From a virus (taxonomy: Duplodnaviria > Caudoviricetes): a stretch of DNA of 64,000 bases. The DNA lies in the IMG/VR virus record IMGVR_UViG_2731957752_000002, positions 24,025-88,024 of that record, one strand, 5' to 3'. Both the position numbers and the translations under genes were made by a program. How positions within the stretch are numbered: position 1 is the stretch's first letter; the number at the start of each line of letters is the position of its first letter. Under the pieces are notes generated by a model. The model had not been told where the DNA came from, did not search any database, and saw nothing but the letters and a program-made list of their open reading frames with translations. This document shows, in pieces, positions 57,732 through 64,000 of this stretch.

Positions 57732-59195
57732 TCACGACGGCCCGCGTTCGATCCCGCGTTGCCGGTCACGCTCCCGTTGCTCACGGGCCGCTCGCTCGGC
57801 AGCCATCCGTGAGCGATGATCCGGATCCGCGTCGCGCTCTACTCGCCGCGCTTCCTCACCGGGCAGGAGATGGTTCAGTCCGAGCACGCGGGCAACCATC
57901 GGGTCCATGCCGCGCTCGATGGCGTCTCTCTCCAGCGCTTGGTGCTGCGCGCGTGCCTCTCGCGCCTCCTGCTCCCGCTTCGCAATTTCACCGAGGCCAT
58001 CGATCCGCGAAACCATCTCTTTGTCACGTTGATCGGTGATGAGCTTCATCCCGAGCAGCCATTCCTCACGGCTCTGAAGCGGGCTGTCCCGTGGCGGATC
58101 TGGCAAGCCCCGTGACAACTCCTCGAACATCTTGCGCTCCATCTTCTGGACCGCGGCGTAAGTATTGCCCAACGCAACGTGCTGTTGGCGTACCTGCTCG
58201 ATGTCGAGGGCTCTGCCCTGCTCGCGTGCCTGCGCGATCTCCCGATGTGCTTCGCGGGCTGCTTTGTCCAGGCTTTCGCGTTCCCGGTCGAACAGTTCAT
58301 GCCCGATGTTGTCGATTGGCCTGGACGTTTCGGCGTGCGCGTCCAGCGCCCGAAGCTCCAGCCACTTCTCGACCTCGCGGTTCTCGTGGAACCGCAGCCC
58401 CAGCGCTTGGCGCCGTTCGTCTGCTTTGTCCAGTGCTACGCGCAGCTCCGCCCGGTCGAGGTCGCGCAACGTGTGGTAGACGAACCGCATCTGCTCGATA
58501 CCGACTTCGCGCCCCTGCTCCTTGGCTTTCGTGATCTCAGTGAGGTAGTCGCGAGCGATGTCGCCGATGCCGCGTCCTGGCGCTTCCTTCTCCTGCGCCG
58601 CGGGGAGCCGGGAAAGATTGTCGCGAAGTTGCTGCCGCTGCTCTTTCTGCACCACACGCGTGCCAGCCTCCAAGACGCGTTGAAACACGCGCTCGTTCAT
58701 TTTCATGACGCGGAACAGTTGCGGGTACTGCTGGGACAACCGCGCGATCTCCTCGCGCGCTTCCTTACTGAAGGTGCCCTCTCTGGCTTCGCGGGTGATC
58801 AGGATGACTCGCTCACCTTTGGTGAGCTTGTCGGCATAGCCACGTAATTGGGCCATGTCGCGTTCGCCCTTGATGGCACCTGCTTTGATCTCGATGTTCG
58901 CGGCGATACCGTCAGGTGTCTTCGCCTGCTCCAGGTGTCGGTCGACGACGATCTTCTCCCCGGTGTCGGCCCTGTGCGGCACCTCGGGCGTCCATCCGGC
59001 TTCCCTCAGCCCTAGAACGATGTCGAGGCCGCGCGCGACCGTGTAGCCGTAGATGCCATTCGTCCGCCAGACCGCGTTCGCGTCCTTCCAGCGGTCGACC
59101 CCTTTCGGGATCTCGCCCTTCGCGATCTTGCCTGGTCCGTAGTTCTCAAGGTACTGATGCCGCTCCGCGGGCGACAGATCGTCGGGATGCCCCAC
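57732..59195 (-). CDS. Putative REase-fold toxin with coiled coil and Arg-rich C-terminus
   Basis: E..D..EIK..QL.GY; ends RERDRQRGIERGPS. Confidence 0.65.
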   Translation of the reverse strand: MGHPDDLSPAERHQYLENYGPGKIAKGEIPKGVDRWKDANAVWRTNGIYGYTVARGLDIVLGLREAGWTPEVPHRADTGEKIVVDRHLEQAKTPDGIAANIEIKAGAIKGERDMAQLRGYADKLTKGERVILITREAREGTFSKEAREEIARLSQQYPQLFRVMKMNERVFQRVLEAGTRVVQKEQRQQLRDNLSRLPAAQEKEAPGRGIGDIARDYLTEITKAKEQGREVGIEQMRFVYHTLRDLDRAELRVALDKADERRQALGLRFHENREVEKWLELRALDAHAETSRPIDNIGHELFDRERESLDKAAREAHREIAQAREQGRALDIEQVRQQHVALGNTYAAVQKMERKMFEELSRGLPDPPRDSPLQSREEWLLGMKLITDQRDKEMVSRIDGLGEIAKREQEAREARAQHQALERDAIERGMDPMVARVLGLNHLLPGEEARRVERDADPDHRSRMAAERAAREQRERDRQRGIERGPS

Positions 59196-59220
59196 TGTGT
59201 CCTGCTATGTTCATGCCCCG

Positions 59221-59775
59221 TCACCTTCCGGTGCGAAGCGAATCCATCTGTTCCTCTATGGACGGCTTGTTGTCGGCCACCCATTTCTTGTAATCGCGGT
59301 CGGAGTTGCCGAAGACCCACGCAAGCATGTTCTCGTCGGGGAGCGGGAATCGCTTGCTGCCCTTGGCGAACGCCAACCCGAGCTGGTCGCCTACGTCCAT
59401 ATACAGCAGTCGATACGGCTCCCGAATCATCGGGTACAGACCACCGGCATCGTCGGGGGCATTGACCCAATTCGCCTTAAAGCAACGGCAATACACCTGG
59501 CCGATGTACCGGATGAAGCGGTCGGCGACCGCAGCGTTCGCGGGGTCCTGGGCGCCATGCAGGTCGCCGAAGATGGCGCGAGCCGCCTCACTGGCCAGGC
59601 GCAGGCCCTCGGCGGACCACGGCTTGTCTAGTGCGCCGACCGCAGGCGCATCCTCGGTCAGGAAGATGGATAGCGCATGGTCCATCTCCGCCAACCATTC
59701 CTGGAATTCGGGCACGTGCTGTTCCTTCTCAAATCGACGCCGTTGCGCGGGTGCGAGCTGGTGAACACTTCCCAT
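59221..59775 (-). CDS. Putative immunity protein
   Basis: FQEWLAEM...WSAEGL...RYIGQV...W; same operon as toxin-like gene. Confidence 0.6.
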   Translation of the reverse strand: MGSVHQLAPAQRRRFEKEQHVPEFQEWLAEMDHALSIFLTEDAPAVGALDKPWSAEGLRLASEAARAIFGDLHGAQDPANAAVADRFIRYIGQVYCRCFKANWVNAPDDAGGLYPMIREPYRLLYMDVGDQLGLAFAKGSKRFPLPDENMLAWVFGNSDRDYKKWVADNKPSIEEQMDSLRTGR

Positions 59776-59820
59776 GACCTGCTCCTCTCGGTTGCTGCGG
59801 TCTAGCGGAAGTGTCCCAGA

Positions 59821-60039
59821 TCACGGGCCTAGGTACAGCGCTTCACACGGCAACCTGCGCAATCCGGTGGCATCGCCGGGGATGAGGATGACGCTGTTGA
59901 GGTAGCGGCGCATCTGGTCGTCATGCATGAGTCGCAATGCTGCTGCGGCCTGTGCGGCGTAGTGGAGGATCACGCCCTGTAGGTCGACTTGTATGTGCAC
60001 ATCGTCCCCGTCGCTGGAGTCGTCGTCGGCGCGTGTCAC
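59821..60039 (-). CDS. Hypothetical protein
   Basis: Coupled; RLPCE motif. Confidence 0.6.
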   Translation of the reverse strand: MTRADDDSSDGDDVHIQVDLQGVILHYAAQAAAALRLMHDDQMRRYLNSVILIPGDATGLRRLPCEALYLGP

Positions 60040-60290
60040 GGCTGATCATCACCGTAGAAGCTGGGCGTGCGGATTTTCGGCACCGGCGCCCGGAGGTTGT
60101 CGAAGTCGTGGCGGATCTTTTCCCAGAGGTTGCGGGGAAGTTCCTCGCAGCACTCGCCGAGTGAGAGGTGGGGCACTGGTGTGACGTTGCCGTCTATGTC
60201 GTGCCACCGAAGCACACGAATGACACCGTCCTGTACGTACCAGTGGGCGGACTGCTCGCCGCAATGGGTGACTTGCTCCCCGAAATTCAC
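60036..60290 (-). CDS. Hypothetical protein
   Basis: AGAGGAGG RBS, coupled. Confidence 0.6.
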   Translation of the reverse strand: MNFGEQVTHCGEQSAHWYVQDGVIRVLRWHDIDGNVTPVPHLSLGECCEELPRNLWEKIRHDFDNLRAPVPKIRTPSFYGDDQP

Positions 60291-60736
60291 CTCCGTTCCT
60301 CCTCTACGCAGTAGACGAGGGCATCAAGCACTGATGCCATCGTTGGGCGGAAGAGATCTCGGACTGGCGTCTGCCACCTGCGGGATTCCTCGCCTGGTGC
60401 GGGCAGGTACAGCGGTGTGCCTGGTTCGATGAGCACCGATCCGGATCTGCGGATCACGGTGGCGGTGCGGTCGGAGTGGTCGGAGTGGTCGTAGCTGCCG
60501 GTGAGGAATGTCATTCGGTGGAAGGGGTGCCAGATGGTCGGGCCTTTCAGCCCGAACTCGGCGAGCTTGTCTTTGATTCGGGCACCCCAGTAGTCGGGGA
60601 CTGTGAGTGCTCGGATGGTGCCGCCGATGGTGACGGCGATTCGGTTGCTGTTGTCGACGTGGCAGGGTAGGCCGCCGACGGTTCGGAGGTAGTGGCATGC
60701 GCCGACGATGTCGGCGGGTATTGCTGGCGCGGTCAT
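60287..60736 (-). CDS. Prim-pol-like small protein
   Basis: GP.I.HP..R.TFLT...LPAP...RRW. Confidence 0.6.
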   Translation of the reverse strand: MTAPAIPADIVGACHYLRTVGGLPCHVDNSNRIAVTIGGTIRALTVPDYWGARIKDKLAEFGLKGPTIWHPFHRMTFLTGSYDHSDHSDRTATVIRRSGSVLIEPGTPLYLPAPGEESRRWQTPVRDLFRPTMASVLDALVYCVEEERR

Positions 60737-60992
60737 GGTGGCCCCTGGACACTTCTCGCGTTGGTGTGGGTGCCCGGCCCCTGACTCCCGTTGTCGCGGC
60801 GGGACTCTGGGAGTGAGGGGAACGGGAGGAATCTCCCTTCCGGACACATAGCAAGCACACACCATTCGGCGGGCGTCCGACGTGCCATCGTGGGATCCCA
60901 AAATGATTCGCCCAAAAGTGCTGCGCGAGTGCCATACTGGGCGTGAGACTTTTCCCAGAATGGGATAGCGTGACCAGTCAGGATGGGACGTG

Positions 60993-61883
60993 ATGTCAAG
61001 CAACGCCGATAGCACGCTGCCGCGGCGGCAGTTGGGCCGCTACTTACGTGAGGGACGTGACAGCGTAGGCATGACTTTGGAAGATGCCGCCAGGCTGATG
61101 CAGTGGGGTAAAAGCACCCTGCAACGCCTGGAACGTGGTCAGTCCGACCGTGTTCGAGACGTAGACGTCAAGGAGCTATGTCGAATCTACGGAATGGAGC
61201 CGGAGCAAGAGGCCGCGATGATCGGTCTGGCTCGTCAGGCTGCGGTGAAGTCGTGGTGGCACGAGTTCGGCGACATCATTCCTGCCAACTTCAGCGTCTA
61301 CGTCGGGCTCGAAGCCTCCGCTGAGACGCTCACGTCCTACCAACCGGACCTTGTCCCGGGGTTGTTGCAGACCGCCGACTATGCGCGCGTGCTGGCACGC
61401 GCTGCGAATCCCGATGACTCCGAAGCGGAGCTGGACAGTCGTGTCCGGCTGAAGGTGCAGCGGCAGTCGTTGTTGACCAGGAAAACCAGGCCGGTTCACA
61501 TGGAAGTGATCCTCTCCGAGGGAGTCTTGCGCCGCAAGATCGGCACACGCAAGACAATGACGACTCAGCTTCGCCACCTCGCGGACGAGGGCACACGGCC
61601 GAACATCAGTCTGCGGGTCCTTCCCTTCGAAGCGGGGATGCCCACAGGCGACCAGATCGGTCCGTTCGTCATCATGGACTTCGGGCTCGACGGTCGCGGT
61701 AAATCAGTTGAACCGACCATCGTGTATGCCGAGAATTACACCGGCGACATGTACTCGGAGAAGGCCAGTACCGTTCTGCGGTACACGCAGGCATACCAGG
61801 CGATCCAGCACCTATCACTGGACGAAGTCGCATCCAGAAGCCTGCTACGAGATATAGCAAGGGAGTACGAGCGTGAACGTTGA
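60993..61883 (+). CDS. XRE HTH + DUF5753 regulator (WhiJ/Scr1-like)
   Basis: RRQLGRYLR, WW, GLEA, VPGLLQT.DYAR. Confidence 0.92.
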   Translation: MSSNADSTLPRRQLGRYLREGRDSVGMTLEDAARLMQWGKSTLQRLERGQSDRVRDVDVKELCRIYGMEPEQEAAMIGLARQAAVKSWWHEFGDIIPANFSVYVGLEASAETLTSYQPDLVPGLLQTADYARVLARAANPDDSEAELDSRVRLKVQRQSLLTRKTRPVHMEVILSEGVLRRKIGTRKTMTTQLRHLADEGTRPNISLRVLPFEAGMPTGDQIGPFVIMDFGLDGRGKSVEPTIVYAENYTGDMYSEKASTVLRYTQAYQAIQHLSLDEVASRSLLRDIAREYERER

Positions 61884-62079
61884 CCTGTCCGGAGCCCGCT
61901 GGTTCAAGAGCAGTCGCAGCGGCGGCAGTAAGGAGTGCGTTGAGGTCGCATTCCTCGATGGGGGGCAGGTCGGGGTTCGCGACAGCAAGAACCCCGACGG
62001 CCCGAAGCTGGTCTTCACTGCTGGCGAGTGGGATGCTTTCACCGCAGGAGTTAACGCAGGTGAGTTTGACCGTCCTTAA
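61873..62079 (+). CDS. DUF397 protein
   Basis: WFKSSRS...CVEVA...VRDSKNP. Confidence 0.92.
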   Translation: MNVDLSGARWFKSSRSGGSKECVEVAFLDGGQVGVRDSKNPDGPKLVFTAGEWDAFTAGVNAGEFDRP

Positions 62080-62095
62080 CGAAGGAGTATGCCGC

Positions 62096-62302
62096 ATGAG
62101 CATGGATCTTTCCGGCGCTAAGTGGTTCAAGGCCAGCTACAGCCAGTCGGGTGGCGATTGCGTCGAAGCTGCCCACTTGGACGATGGTTCGGTCGCGATT
62201 CGGGACAGCAAGAACCCGACCGGTCCCGCGCTCGTGTACACCCCGCGTGAGTGGGACGCGTTCCTGGCGGGTGTGCGCGACGGCGAGTTCGACCGACCGT
62301 AG
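62096..62302 (+). CDS. DUF397 protein (second copy)
   Basis: WFKASYS...CVEAA...IRDSKNP. Confidence 0.92.
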   Translation: MSMDLSGAKWFKASYSQSGGDCVEAAHLDDGSVAIRDSKNPTGPALVYTPREWDAFLAGVRDGEFDRP

Positions 62303-62321
62303 CGCCGCCTGACGACGTCTG

Positions 62322-62358
62322 AAGCCGCCCCAGCCTCATTGGCTGGGGCGGCTTTCTT
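62322..62358 (+). terminator. Intrinsic terminator
   Basis: 14-bp stem followed by T-rich tract. Confidence 0.8.
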
Positions 62359-62493
62359 ATGCCCGCAGCAGCCTTGCGGCACCCGCCATAATTTGCATAG
62401 CATGAATGAAAACTCATTCAATGCATACGAACGGCTAACCTTTGGCGAACCATCCGGGTCTCGACACGAGCTACGCCGGTCAGGAGGCTCCCC

Positions 62494-62688
62494 ATGTCCA
62501 GTGAAACGAAATGGCTCACCCGCCAAGAGGTCGCCGAACTCACCGGCTACACAACCAAGACCCTGAGCAACTGGCATCACCTTCGCAAGGGGCCGCGCTG
62601 CTTCAAGGTCAACGGCGGTCGGTACCGATATCGCGCTGATGAGGTTCGTGCCTGGCAGGTCAAACACCAGCAGGCGACGGCGGCGTGA
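62494..62688 (+). CDS. xis: Excisionase (AlpA/HTH_17-like)
   Basis: WLT..EVAE..G...TL.NW...GP...RY; precedes integrase. Confidence 0.85.
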   Translation: MSSETKWLTRQEVAELTGYTTKTLSNWHHLRKGPRCFKVNGGRYRYRADEVRAWQVKHQQATAA

Positions 62689-62710
62689 CCGAAGACCACA
62701 TGAGGAAGTC

Positions 62711-64000
62711 ATGGCGCAGGAATCGTTAGAACCGGGGGCTTTGCCGCCCGCCACCCAACTCAATCCCGTCAAAGGCGCTGACGGGGTGTGGCGTCTGACT
62801 CGGGTCAGGCACCGCACCTTCAGCGGCACCTACGTGCGTACCAGCGGATCCGGTCGCACTCGGAAGGAGTGCTTGGCGGACTGGAACGCGCGGTTCGAGA
62901 AGAACCGGCAGAAGTCCAGTAGCCGCGCCGCCCGTGACACCGCGCGTGAGTTCGAGCACTCGGACAAGATGTCGAAAGCCCTGGATGCCTGGTATCGCCG
63001 TGAGGTGAAGCGGTACGAAGCGGGGAAGATCCGCGAGCAGTCGTTGCACAACTATCGCCGTTGGATCTATGAGGCTGAGGAGCGGGGGCGCCGCGGCTCG
63101 GTGAAGTTGATGAAGGAGTTGGGGCATCTGACGATTCGGGAGGTGGGGAAGCCGAAGTTCCTCGCCGACTACTTCGAGGATGTCACCGAGATTGGGCCGT
63201 CGATCGCGGCTGGGCACTACATGATCTTGACTGCGGTGTTCAACATGTTGACGGTCGCGGGGTTGTTCGATGTGTCGCCGATGCATCCGGTGCCCGCCTT
63301 GGATGCGGGTGGCGGTAAACAGCGCGCGTTGACGTCGGCGGAGCGGGATACGTTTCTCGATCTGCTGGAGGAGCGGTCTACCGCCGAGTGGCTGAAGCCG
63401 TTCTGGCTGACGTTGCTGGGCACGGGGATTCGGCCGGGGGAGGCGATGGCGTTGCGGTGGTGCGATTTGGCGCACCTGGACAGCGACGATGAGGCTGTGG
63501 TGATGCACGTGTGTGGGGCGATCGTGACCCGTAAGGGTGGTCGGGTGCGGCAGCCTCGCCGGAAGCGTGGCGAGAACTATCACGTCCTGTTGCCGGAGTG
63601 GCTGGCGGAGGTGTTGTGGGCGTGGCGTGACTGGGTGGGGCCGCGTGATGTCCAGGAGCCGTTGTTCCAGGGGGCGCGGGGTGGATGGCTGTCGACGCCG
63701 ACGATGTCGCGCGCTTTGGGGGTGGTGAAGGCCGGGACGGAGTTGGAGTGGTTCACGTTCGGCAACTGCCGGGACACGGTGGCGACGCATGTGACGGGGA
63801 AGACACGCGATCCTAAGCGTGCTAGTGCCCAGTTGGGGCATTCGGCGGGGTCGTCGACGGCGTTGAAGTATTACATCGACCGGGAGGGGTATCAGTATCC
63901 GGCGGTGGACAACGAGGCGGTGTTGGAGTCGCTGGCGCCGTCCAAGCTGACACTAAAGTTGGAATCTGGGGGGTTGGAGCCGGACTGGTTCAGGGTTTGA
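62711..64000 (+). CDS. int: Tyrosine integrase
   Basis: TGIRPGEAMALRW, R.TVAT, QLGHS, YY; stop at window end. Confidence 0.92.
   Translation: MAQESLEPGALPPATQLNPVKGADGVWRLTRVRHRTFSGTYVRTSGSGRTRKECLADWNARFEKNRQKSSSRAARDTAREFEHSDKMSKALDAWYRREVKRYEAGKIREQSLHNYRRWIYEAEERGRRGSVKLMKELGHLTIREVGKPKFLADYFEDVTEIGPSIAAGHYMILTAVFNMLTVAGLFDVSPMHPVPALDAGGGKQRALTSAERDTFLDLLEERSTAEWLKPFWLTLLGTGIRPGEAMALRWCDLAHLDSDDEAVVMHVCGAIVTRKGGRVRQPRRKRGENYHVLLPEWLAEVLWAWRDWVGPRDVQEPLFQGARGGWLSTPTMSRALGVVKAGTELEWFTFGNCRDTVATHVTGKTRDPKRASAQLGHSAGSSTALKYYIDREGYQYPAVDNEAVLESLAPSKLTLKLESGGLEPDWFRV

Larger units (their letters stand above)
1..64000. mobile_element. Temperate siphophage/prophage of an actinobacterium (Nocardia-like); left end outside window, att sites not seen
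   Basis: Complete head-tail-lysis operon, xis/integrase, dense overlapping small genes, shared TGAATG motif at both ends. Confidence 0.95.

Overview
High-GC actinobacterial (Nocardia-like) temperate siphophage/prophage. Layout: a few leftward genes with a ribbon-helix-helix regulator; a long rightward run of small coupled early genes (WhiB, HIT, resolvase-like, MazG-like, Dam-like); a late operon (terminase to tail, lysis); accessory genes; xis and a tyrosine integrase ending at the right edge. No replication module is recognisable, so it may lie left of the window. The standout is an RNA/translation cassette at about 15.2-27.9 kb. It starts with a promoter driving three tandem Y-RNA-like hairpins ahead of a Ro60/TROVE gene; each carries a different tRNA-derived module, including a circularly permuted tRNA-Pro-like domain and anticodon-like loops. 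It continues with a cyclic-phosphate receiver domain, a metallophosphoesterase, a full-length glycyl-tRNA synthetase, an anticodon-defective tRNA-like gene, two unexplained structured non-coding regions and an initiator tRNA. Also present: a mini-intein in a tail protein, a G-GGG-GGC frameshift site, LexA-box leaderless genes and a nuclease-fold toxin/immunity-like pair. All calls are by eye; no searches or folding programs were run.
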